Below the pieces are notes generated by a model. The model ran no database searches. It was not told the origin of the DNA and saw only the letters and a list, made by a program, of their open reading frames with translations. Both the position numbers and the translations under genes were made by a program. A stretch of DNA of 64,000 bases from Macrostomum lignano (taxonomy: Eukaryota): positions 372,001-436,000 of the forward strand of contig NIVC01000544.1 of NCBI GenBank assembly GCA_002269645.1, read 5' to 3'. Of this stretch, positions 23,327 through 35,100 are shown piece by piece (position 1 is the stretch's first letter; the number at the start of each line of letters is the position of its first letter).

Positions 23327-25491
23327 ATGGCAAGTCGCTCAGACGCTGCAGATCAGAACTTTGACTACATGTTCAAATTATTGATTATTGGCAATTCGTC
23401 GGTTGGCAAGACATCATTTTTATTTCGCTATGCGGACGATTCGTTCTCGTCGGCTTTCGTATCGACTGTTGGCATCGATTTCAAAGTCAAGACCGTGTTT
23501 AGAGATGATAAACGGGTTAAACTGCAGATCTGGGTGAGAGCGCTTGTTTGCCATTGCATGCACCCAGATGCTTGTAAGGGCTGGGTCAGTCCCCAGATCC
23601 TCAGTTACTAGTCCAGCCTCCCAGATCCTCAGTTGCTAGTCCAGCCTCCCAGATCCTCAGTTGCTAGTCCAGCCTCCCAGATCCTCAGTTGCTAGTCCAG
23701 CCTCCCAGATCCTCAGTTGCTAGTCCAGCCTCCCAGATCCTCAGTTGCTGGGCCAGCCTGGCAAATCCCCAGTTTCTGGGCCAGCCTCCCAGATCCTCAG
23801 TTGCTGAGCCAGCCTCCCAAGGTGTCAGTTGCTGGACTGCCAGCCTCCTAGAGTGTCAGTTGTTGGGCCAGCCTCCCAAGGTGTCAGTTGCTGGACTGCC
23901 AGCCTCCTAGAGTGTCAGTTGTTGGGCCAGCCTCCCAAGGTGTCAGTTGCTGGACTGCCAGCCTCCTAGAGTGTCAGTTGTTGGGCCAGCCTTCCTCAGA
24001 TCCTCAGTCTCCGAGCCGCCAAAAGCGGGTCCATGAGAATTGCCCATCGAGATTTGCCCGCAGGAGATTTTCCTGTGGAGATTTGCCCGCCGAGCTTTTC
24101 CCGCCGAGGTTTGTCTGCAATGCCCCCCCCCCAAAAAATGCATTTGATATGCAGTTACTATCAAAACGTTTGATTGGGTAAATCTCTTTATGAAGACTCA
24201 CTAAGCATTGGGGAGGCAATGCAGACTAAATCTGCCGCGTGGCCAAATGCGCTGCAGGAAAAGAGCATTGCGGGCAAACCTTGGCGGGAAATTCGTCTGC
24301 GGGCATTTCTCGTGCTCTCGCCAAAAGCACCACTACATCGAAACATGCCTATTAAACCACTTTTAAGACCACTACATTGCAACTATTTATTAATTAGTAG
24401 TCGTTATATATATATTTCATAAATATTAATCTACAGGACACGGCAGGCCAGGAACGCTACAGGACCATCACCACGGCTTACTATCGCGGTGCAATGGGAT
24501 TTATCCTCATGTATGACGTCACCAACGAGGATTCTTTTAACGCTGTGCAAGACTGGTAAGTTTTTCTCTAATCCATATATGATTATAGCTTTAATATATA
24601 TTATCCCGACAACTTACTCGCAATCAAAGACCGCCTGTGCCTCTTTCTGTCAATCATTTGCTCAGGTGCACCCAGATTAAGACTTACTCGTGGGACAATG
24701 CACAAGTGGTACTCGTTGGCAACAAGTGCGACCTAGATGAGGATCGAGTAGTCAGTGCCGAGCGAGGCCGACAGCTAGCTAATCAACTTGGCAAGCTTCT
24801 TTACATTTTTATGTTTATGTATTTGGTAATTTATTCTGTAGACGCATAATTTTCTTTTTCTATTACCCTAACAATAACAACCAAATTGCAGGCCTGGAAT
24901 TTTTCGAAACCTCAGCCAAGGACAATCTCAATGTTACCGATGTGTTTGAACGCTTAGTTGACATCATCTGCGAGCGGATGTCCGAAGCTACGGATGGCGA
25001 TGCTACTAGCGGAGGTGGGTAGCTTAATAGGCCTGGTGTAGGTAGAGATTACACAGACAGATAGACAAACAGACGGACAGGCGGACAGACAGACACTAAG
25101 ATGGACAGACAGACTGGCACTAAGATGGACAGACACTAAGACAAACAGACAGACAGATGCTAAGCCGGGAGCACGAGAATTTCTCGCAGGAAGTTTTCCC
25201 GCCGAGTTTTGTCCGCGCCAGCTTTTCCCGCAAGAGGTTTTCCCGCCGAGGTTTTCCCGCTGAGATTTTCCCGCAGCGAGGTTTTCCCGCGTGAGTTTTT
25301 CCCGCCGAGGCTTTCCCGCAGGTTTTTTCCAGTCGAAATTTCAAGTCAAATCCAGTCTACAATGCTGGACTAAATATATAGGCAGATCAATACAACGCAG
25401 ATAAACAAATAGACCGACCTGATTTTAACCTGCAGGCACCAGACTAAAGGATAGCTCCAACGAGAAGCAATCATCCGGCTGTAGCTGCTAA
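23327..25491 (+). CDS. RAB3: Rab3 small GTPase, 209 aa, 5 exons
   Basis: Exons 23327-23533, 24437-24555, 24666-24790, 24892-25014, 25436-25491 (630 nt). [67 protein letters not shown] and C-terminal GCSC* (CXC prenylation motif). Intron 3 has a GC donor. Confidence 0.96.
23588..23990. repeat. 28-bp then about 39-bp minisatellite (CCAGCCTCC core) in RAB3 intron 1
   Basis: CCAGCCTCCCAGATCCTCAGTTGCTAGT copies, followed by a longer derived unit. Confidence 0.9.
24020..24320. mobile_element. MITE-like element with TTTGCCCG/TTTCCCGC subterminal repeats in RAB3 intron 1; related fragment at 25165-25340 in intron 4
   Basis: Left end has GAGATTTGCCCG repeats; right end has the inverted CGGGCAAA/GCGGGAAA motifs. 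GGGCATTTCTCGTGCTC at 24301 is nearly the reverse complement of GAGCACGAGAATTTCTC at 25169. Confidence 0.5.
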
Positions 25492-27535
25492 AGACAATCG
25501 ATTTTTAGGCCCAAGACTGCTGCATGGAGAGTTCTGGCTAATTGTCCACTATGGGTTTTGATGGCTGAACAGTTAAATAGATTGCTTCACAAAAAACTGA
25601 GTTTTTTATTTAATGTAATGAAATTACATCGTTGTTTTGTTAAGTGTGCTTTTATAATATCCTAATTATTTGTTAAATTATATTGCCACCAAGAATCTAA
25701 TTTGCACTACTTGTATAAGTAATATAGCACACAGGTTTGTTGAGTTTTGTGACTTGTGTTTCTTTTGGGTTTATATTTTTCTTTTTTGTTTGTAATTGTT
25801 TTCAAGAAGTTCTTCAGAAAATTCCTATCGTTCTGTGATAGCTAAGCAAGACACAATTCGTCGAAATTTGTTTGTTTGTTTACTTACTATATTTAAATTT
25901 TGTCATTCTTTTGTTGCAAGTTTTCAATTTCTGTCATCGATCTTACAATCAGTCGCGGTGCTCAATTTATAACACTGGATTCGGCTTTCTGGACTATAGT
26001 TTCTTTCTCAGTTTACTTTCCGTTTCTGTGACATTATAGCGGTGTTGTACTAGTATTAGATAAATATTAAATTGATTATAATTTTACTACATATCGAGTG
26101 CAAATTAGTACCTTATTCAAACTTGTAATTCCATATGAATTGGTAAGCTTTTTTTTACTTATAATCTAAAGTCTGTCAATTTCGATTTATTGTTGTTACT
26201 TTATATTATAGATAAATATTTCATGTCATTTGATTTTGATTATTAATTTACAGCTTGCCACAGTTGTCGTCCATTCTAGCTCTATAAAGTTTCTGTTTTA
26301 TTTTTTATAGAAAAACATTGCTTCGTATGTACTATTTATATAGTCAGTAGTCTTTGTTACTCGTATTATACCTACATTAGTTAATCATTATAATCAATTG
26401 AAAACTAACCATAACCATAATTAGCCTAAAGCTAGACAAACTTTAAATTAACAGACATTAGTTTGTATCTGTTATATGTTGGTCTGTCTAAACTTTATAT
26501 TAATTTCTAATTCTAATGGGCTTTAATTATATTTCTTGCCCAAGCCTAGTGCTGTTTTGTTTTTAATGTACTTTTTGTCGTGACTGTCTAATCTAATAGT
26601 GTAATTTCAAGATCTACGAGTATATAATTGTTAAACAGCAATTTGGTTAGCCGCCCGTAATTTTGACGCCGATTATAAAAGTTAGATAAGATAAGATTGG
26701 CTTGGCGGGTTTAGAAAAATCGATAATATAGCCAACCCACCCACACGAGACAGTGAGTTAAAAGCCTGGTTAAGCCCAGTCAACCACGATTGGTTGGTTC
26801 GGCACTGGGTCTGATGGGGGAGTGGGGCTTAGAAAATTTATAGCCAAGCGCAATCCGAAGTCTTAAAATAGTATTTACATGAGAGTACTTATTAAATGTG
26901 GTCGTTAAAACAAAATCGGTTGGTTGTTGTTTAAATTCGACCAGATTGTATGTCCTCGTGTACTTAAATTACTATAATTCTTTATTGTTTATCTGTAAAT
27001 TTTGTTAACAAAAAACGTCCGCAAAATTTGGCTTGTCGTGTTCATTAAAAAGAAATTGACATATTAGTTTTTTTATTTTCAACGGCTTTTTAGAATGTGT
27101 ATTTGTGATTGTATTTAAGGAAAAGCATTGCTGGACAAAATGCGTAATATATATATAATAGTATTCATGATTATATAGACAGGTATACATGTGTAATCGA
27201 CTAACTTAAATGTTATTATACTTGACTGTCGTGTTTGTTGTTCCATTCATTTTTTGGGGCTTGCGATTATCTATAATGTTAGCCTTCGTTCAACAGATGT
27301 TACATTCGCACTACAAATTGGTCTATAAATCTCTTGAATTAACAAAAGCTGAAAAGTGCTCGAATGTTGATTGTTTAACGGTATGCTGTACTACTCTTGA
27401 TAGGGTGGTAATTAAAGCAACAGGACCAGATATCGTGACTTCAAAATTGCCTACTATAAGTAAAAAACTTTGGTTGTATGTTTATAAGTTAAATTTTCCT
27501 GTTAATTCAGTTAATTCGCATGCAATTTCCAGTCC

Positions 27536-30500
27536 ATGGAGACTATTACAAGCCCGACTACTACCGAGGCCAGAGAGTACATCCTGCTATACGCTTCGTG
27601 CGAGTATGCTCAATTTCGTTTCGCCGAATTCGTCTCTCTAGCCGGACTATTCGATTGTCGATTTGGCGTAGTTTTCACCGGGATTGATCGCGAACGACAA
27701 TTAGTAGCCAATTTTAGCCAGCAGCAGCCAATTTGGTCGGATGAACTCTTTAGCGATACGCCAACGAACGCCGGCGTTCACGATTGGACCGGCGTCGCAG
27801 CAGAAGCCTCGATTGGCAACAATAAATTACAATTATGCTCAACTTGGTGGCGATCTCGTTCGGTTGTGTGCATACTGTGCGAAGACGAAATCAAATTACG
27901 CCAAGTTGTTAAACGAAGCGCATTGATTAAATCGTTACTGCGAGTGTGGCAATCGACTAGCTGCTTGTTGACCATGCTTAATCACGTGACTAATGGAGAA
28001 CTGGCGCCTTATCTAGCGGAAGCTTCGTCAGGCTTTGACAATGGCGCCTGGACTAGATGGAGAATGTGTATAGAATTGGTTAACGTATCAGCAGCTATGG
28101 ACTTCAAGGTTGGCATTGTTGATCAGTTTGGCGAGGCTGGCCTAGATATGCCTGGTCAAGTGGATTTAAAAAAGCCGGAATTTGAGCTCTATTATTTGGA
28201 GCATTGGCGCTACGACTTGACAGCCGGAGCTGTCACTGACAAGGTTAGTAGTACCTACAATGAGTTACTTGGAAAGCCGATCGAAACAAATCGCACTCAG
28301 CTCTCGTTCTGTCTCTAAGACGATCAGAAGTTGTTACACCCTATCTAGCATCTATTCTCGTAGCAAAGATTTCAGTGGACTGGCTAATTTACTCGTACTC
28401 GTACATGATTGCTGAGCCAATTAGCAAGTTGTTTACGCCTGCCAGCTTGGGCTTCTAAACTTACCAAATCGTTTCAACTGCCTTTATTTTTATAAAATAG
28501 CTGTTGACATATTCTTCTTTGCTACTGAACTGAAAGTAGAAAGCTGTTTTACTAAGTATATGCCTGAGTGGCCCATCCAGTTATTTTAGTATCTGTGGGA
28601 TAGCGTTTGTATTACACTCAGTAGTATAGTGTCAGTAGTATATTTGCGCTAAATCTGCTGAAAAACAACCTTTAACTGCACCGTAAGTAGGGGCATACTA
28701 TTGAGAATTGACAACACATCGCAAAATAAAAAAATTCAATACTTCACTGCATGCTTCATCCTACCCACCGGTCTGACACCCGCAGACTCCGGTCAGAGTC
28801 TATCTCGCTCCAAAGCTCTGCTCCGGCCAGTCCCGAGCGGCACTGCACAACCTGTCCCTATCCCGCCGGATATTTATCGGCAATACGTCGATGAACGTTC
28901 AGTTAGCTTTCATCATGTGCAACTTGGCTAGAGTGTCGCCTGGACAGCTAGTTGTTGATCCGTTTGTTGGCTCCGGTAGTATCTTAGTATCCGCTGGCTA
29001 TTTAGGCGCCTACTGTTTAGGCCAAGATGTGGATTATAATATCGTATTCGGATTGGGCAAATCTACTAAAGCCGAAATGCGCCGCCAGAAGCGTACGGAG
29101 GACGAACGCTTGTCGGCTAATTTTGCTCAGTACGGTATTTCTAATCGATTTGTTGATTGCTTAGTTGGCGACGCCAGCCAGCACGTTGGTCTGTGGCGGC
29201 ATAGCGCTTTATTCGACACTGTCCTGACTGATCCGCCCTACGGTATTCGAGAACGAAGCCGAAAAGTGAAGCGCGATCCGGATGGTGGGCCGAAAAAGTT
29301 GGATGAGAACTATTTCCCGCCGAAAGAGCACTATTCTCTTGGCGATAGCGTATCGGATCTGTTGGGATTCTGCGCGATGAGGCTTGTACCTGGTGGTCGG
29401 TAGGTTTTAGTCTTCTAACTACTTTGATAATCTAAATAATCTTGGGGAACACCGCTGGTTTACATCGCCATCAAATCAAGGAACACTGTAGTATAACAGG
29501 ATGTGAAAACTTTAAGATCGTGTAATTTTATTGGAGGCCAATTTCCTGGAAAAAAATATACCCTGCGGATACAGAAAGTTGAATTTTCATATTGTTATAT
29601 TTTACTTAATAAGCCCAAAGTTTTAAATATTCACAAATGGCCTTAGCTGAACCTTTTTTGTTCCTTCTTTAACAAGAATACTCAGCAACGCTGAAAAGTC
29701 GCTATCACAGAAGATTCCGTCTGTGGTTCGTCACTTTTGAGAGTGCAGGTCGTCACAATATTTTCTAGTGACGCAACTTAGCTCTATTTAGCAGACTTGA
29801 GTTGACGAATGAAAAGGGGGGAGCGGTGTGCGAGGGTTGGACGGATTAAAGCTAACCCTTTTATTTTAGAATAGTCCAAGAGAAAGTGCTCACTGGCGCA
29901 TAGAGTGGTGACTTTTCAATGTTTCTGAGTAAATATCTGTAATAAAATATCGCATGCTGGTACTCTTAAGCCAATATTGTAGGTATAATTCCATTTCAAT
30001 ACATATTTATTAACTTTTAAGGCAGATTTAGAATTTAATATAGCTAGAAAACAATATGAAAATTAAACTTTCACTATACAAATATATAACACAACACAGC
30101 ACAGCACAGAGTAACATCATGTTCATGCTACATTAAAACAATGGTCATCTTCACTGTCCCAGATCAAATTTAATCATTAATTTCGCGATGAAAATTAGTT
30201 CTTCCTATCCCTGCAGAGTGTTCCATTCCAGGAAAAAGACCTCCAGAAAATTACACAATCTTTTGAGTTTTACGTCCTGTTATGCTACAGTGGTCCTTGC
30301 ACCAGATCTGATCGCACAACTCACACGATTTACAATTGTGAACATTGCTGACGATGAAAATCAATGCACTGTAGACAACCTTGTGTGATCGTGTGTTTCT
30401 AGATATCGATGGCCGTGAGTATCGTAAGTAGAATAGTGAATGACTCTGCCTTGAATTATATTCTCAACCGTCTAATATGTAACCATATACATATTTACAG

Positions 30501-30753
30501 ATGCGTGTACTGGTTCCCAGTGATCCAATCCGAGTACAAAGGCGCCGACAGTCTACCAGTGCATCCATGTTTGCAGCTAATTGCCTCTGTTGAACTGCCC
30601 ATGACGCATCGTACAGCCAGAGTGATGGTCTGTGTTCAACGGCTTCCTATGATCGATACGCCTGAACTAGTTGCTATGGCTAGTAATGGCGCTACAATTG
30701 TTAATCACGATCATCACCAGCTAAGATCTAGCCACTATAGCCGTAAAAAGTAG
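27536..30753 (+). CDS. TRMT11: tRNA (guanine(10)-N2)-methyltransferase TRMT11, about 524 aa, 3 exons
   Basis: Exons 27536-28243, 28786-29399, 30501-30753 (1575 nt). FIGNTSM, VVDPFVGSGSIL (SAM motif I), LTDPPYGIRE (DPPY motif), LVPGGRCVYWFP, VHPCLQL and N-terminal YAQFRFAEF match TRMT11. Confidence 0.92.
28372..28610 (+). repeat. Dispersed repeat family B, copy 1 (TRMT11 intron 1); copy 2 at 61511-61730
   Basis: Both start TTCAGTGGACTGGCTAAT and share AGTTGTTTACGCCTGC, the exact TTCTTCTTTGCTACTGAACTGAAAGTAGAAAGCTGTTTT, and AGTTATTTTAGTATCTGTGG. Confidence 0.85.
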
Positions 30754-31020
30754 TCAAAGATGAGCTCTACTACTGATATCAGTAGAGTGTCGGCATTTTT
30801 CAACAGTGTGTATTTTGATTACCTAAACTATGCGCCTATAAATTCAAAACTTGGGATTATTTTGGTGAAAACTTACGTCTTGTTACTTCTTCTGACTGCT
30901 CTTTTATCTACACAATGTGCTGCATTTAATGCTTGCTTTAAATTAAAACAAATATACAATGTATGAAATACATCAGCAATTACTTTTTGTCTCAGTATCA
31001 CTCCTGAACAATCAGTTTTC

Positions 31021-32090
31021 ACAAACTCCAAGCTACACAAACCCCGAGGGCCCGAGCTACACAAACCCCAAGCTACACAAACCCCAAGCTACACAAACTC
31101 CAAGCTACACAAACCCCAAGCTACACAAACTCCAAGCTACACAAACCCCAAGCTACACAAACCCCAAGCTACACAAACTCCAAGCTACACAAACCCCAAG
31201 CTACACAAACTCCAAGCTACACAAACCCCAAGCTACACAAACTCCAAGCTACAAAAACCCCAAGCTACACAAACCCCGAGGGCCCGAGCTACACAAACTC
31301 CAAGCTACACAAACTCCAAGCTACACAAACCCCAAGCTACACAAACCCCAAGCTACACAAACCCCAAGCTACACAAACTCCAAGCTACACAAACCCCCAA
31401 GCTACACAAACCCCCAAGCTACACAAACCCCAAGCTACACAAACCCCAAGCTACACAAACCCCAAGCTACACAAACCCCAAGCTACACAAACCCCAAGCT
31501 ACACAAACTCCAAGCTACACAAACCCCAAGCTACACAAACCCCAAGCTACATAAACTCCAAGCTACACAAACTCCAAGCTACACAAACCCCAAGCTACAA
31601 AAACCCCAAGCTACACAAACCCCAAGCTACACAAACCCCAAGCTACATAAACTCCAAGCTACACAAACTCCAAGCTACACAAACCCCAAGCTACACAAAC
31701 TCCAAGCTACACAAATTCCAAGCTACATAAACTCCAAGCTACACAAACCCCAAGCTACACAAACCCCAAGCTACACAAACCCCAAGCTACATAAACTCCA
31801 AGCTACACAAACTCCAAGCTACACAAACCCCAAGCTACGCAAACTCCAAGCTACACAAATTCCAAGCTACATAAACTCCAAGCTACACAAACCCCAAGCT
31901 ACACAAACCCCAAGCTACACAAACCCCAAGCTACACAAACCCCAAGCTACATAAACTCCAAGCTACACAAACTCCAAGCTACACAAATTCCAAGCTACAC
32001 AAACCCCAAGCTACATAAACTCCAAGCTACACAAACTCCAAGCTACATAAACTCCAAGCTACACAAACTCCAAGCTACACAAGCCCCAAG
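31021..32090. repeat. 16-bp minisatellite CAAGCTACACAAAC(C/T)C between TRMT11 and CABLES
   Basis: About 1.07 kb of tandem copies. Confidence 0.95.
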
Positions 32091-32196
32091 CTTCTCAGAG
32101 AGTCTCCCTTGGACAATCGCCGTGAGCAGTAAAACAGAATCTCAGCATATAAATGATTAATATTAGACATTGCATCTTGTCCAAACTCTGTTGCAG

Positions 32197-35100
32197 CCAC
32201 CCCAGACCAGACGGTCGCCTCGCCCTCCGAACTTGCCGCTTAGCAACAACACCGATGCTTCGGCAACGTCGAATACTGCGTCAGCCACAAACGCCGCCGA
32301 TTCCCCGTCGAATCCGGCTCGACTATCGTCGAAGCGTTTGCGAGCCGCGGCGCGTCTGAAAGCGCGCAAACGCGCGGCCGCTTTGAACTTTTTGGCCAGC
32401 ATCTCGCTTGACGGCGTCTATGGCGAAAATTGCGCCTCGGCCGCTGCAGACGCCGATCAACTGGACAACGACGACGATGCCAGCAGCGCCTGTTGCGAAG
32501 GTGCCTCCACTGCCATCTGCGGCAGCGAGTTCGTTGATGACAACGACGAATTTAGCCGTTCGGCAGTCTGCAGCGTTGTTAATCAGGATGAAATTGCTGG
32601 CAGCGTGAGTGTGCTTTTGCTGATTTGTCTGATAACTATGAGTTGGTTTCAAAGTCTGCATATACGTGGGCTTCTCAGATCCCCAAACTGACCTTGCAGA
32701 CCTCCCAGATCATCTAACTGACCTTGAAGACCCCCAGATCCCCAAACTGACCTTGCAAACCTCCCACATCCTTAAACTGACCTTGAAGACTTTCCAAATC
32801 ATTAAACTGATCTTGAAGACCCACGTGCAGATCCCCAAACTGACCTTTCAAACCTCCCAGATCCTTAAACTGACCTTGAAGACTTCCCAGATCATCGAAC
32901 TGACATTGAAGACTTACAGATCCCAACAGATCATCAAACTGACCTTGCAGAATTCTCAAATCTCAAACGTACGGACAAATTTTAATAAATTTCATATTTC
33001 CTAATTATTTTATTTTTTCGTGTTTGTGCACTTACTGATACTATACTAATGCAAAAGTCTATTGGTTCGTGGACGTCATCAATAAGACCTCAGTTTCTTC
33101 TTGCGGCTATTCGTCTAAATTCTATTTAGCTATACTCGCTGATAAAGAGATCGTGTTTGAAAGCGATCTGCTATCACATGAAATCTGTCTGTCTGCTTGC
33201 CTGATAGTAGACAGGGGTGGCTTTTTCTGTTTTAAAAGGTTCTTTGAGACAACTTGCATTCGTCTCCTTTTGAATGACGTCAATCTGCAAGCTGTTAACG
33301 TTATGTGCTAGTAACTAGGCTAATTTACAATATATAACTGTGTTCTCTACGGTTTCACCAGTACGATAAGGCACTGCCAGGAAGGTTCTCGGACAAGTCT
33401 TGACCTTTGAATTTGATTAATGCATTTTCATGTTTTCAGATAAATAAGATTTTTTAAATCTGGGTTTATATAGTTACTAAAATCCTGTTAATGCTTTATA
33501 TCAAATCTTTAGGCGTGAATCCTTAATTTAAACTTTCTCGAAAGTGGCATCTTAAAATGATGTGGAGGTTTCCCAGAAAGTAACTTTTTCGAGGATGTGA
33601 AGGCTTCCAGGAAGTGACGTTTTCGAAGATTTAGAGGTTTTCAGGAAGTGACGTTTTCGAGGATTTTGAGGTTACCAGGAAGTGCCTTTTTCGAAGATTT
33701 GGAGGTTTCCAGGAAGTGACGTTTTCGAAGATTTGAAGGTTGCCAGGAGGTGACGTTTTCGAAGATTTGGAGGTTTCCAGGAAGTGACTTTTTAGAAGAT
33801 TTGGGGAGGTTTCCAGGAAGGGACGTTTTCGAAGATTTGGAGGTTTCCAGGAAGTGACGTTTTCGAAGATTTGGAGGTTTCCAGGAGGTGACGTTTTCGA
33901 AGATTTGGAGGTTTCCAGGAGGTGACGTTTTCGAAGATTTGGAGGTTTCCAGGAGGTGACTTTTTGATTACTGAAAGTGACTTTCAAGGATGTGGAGGTT
34001 TTCAGGAATTTACGTTTTCGTAACATTTTGGAGAAAGTGGGCGTTTCGATAAGTCGACATCTTTGAAAAGCTAGCAAAACAGATTTTAAGTAAATAACAT
34101 CGAAATTGATATCGATGTTTTATAATTCTATGCTCGCAGATTGCAAACAGTTTGGAATCATCAACCACCGCTGCAGCTGTTGCTGGCTCATTGTCGACGA
34201 GAAATCCTCAATACCAGCACTACCACCAGCAGCAGCATAGCGGCGGTCACCATCGGCACAGGCGTCAGTCTGCCGATCAGTCGCCGCTGCCGCTGTTTGT
34301 CGAGGTGCCCGGCCAGAGTCTGTCGCCTCCCACCGACGCTGGCGTAGTCGTTGCGGTTCGCTATCGAACTCAATCGGAGTTTAGAGCTCAATTAAGCGTC
34401 CCATCTGGTTTCGACTACTCTTCTAGTAGCAGACGCTGGAGCCGGCAGCGGGCCGATCGATCTCGAACAACTTCGTCGTCTAATCACAGTTCATTGTCTG
34501 GACCCGACACTATGATTGGTAGTGGAGCTCAGGGCTCCTCCATTTTTGGTCGTCAAGCGGCCTCGTCAACGTCAGATCGTGGCGACGGCGTAGTCGGCGG
34601 TGGAGGCGGCGTCGAAGATATCGCAGATTTGGCTGAAATTATTGGAGGGCCTTTTAGGTAGGCGATGATGAGAATGTGTTATAAAGATATCGTGGATTTA
34701 TGGAATGACAGAGTACTAGCAATCGTTTGATTTAATAGCTCGTAGGGGTAAAGAGAGACGGAACAACTTAAAAATCACAGAGATTTACAGGTGTTATATG
34801 TAGAATGACAGGGGATGTGAAGATTGTCGGAGCAATACTGAGTGTGACAGTGATATTGATAGTGATGCATTGATAGGGATAATGACACAGGGATATGAAG
34901 AGTGACACAGGAATAGGGAGAGTGACACAGCGATAGAGAGAGTGACAGAAGGATATTGAGCGTGACAATAATATTGATAGTGATACGGGGATAGGAAGAG
35001 TGACACGAATAGAGAGAGTGACACAGGAATAGCGAGAGTGACACAGGAATAGCGAGAGTGACGCAGGGATAAAGAGAGTGACACAGGAATATCGAGAGTG

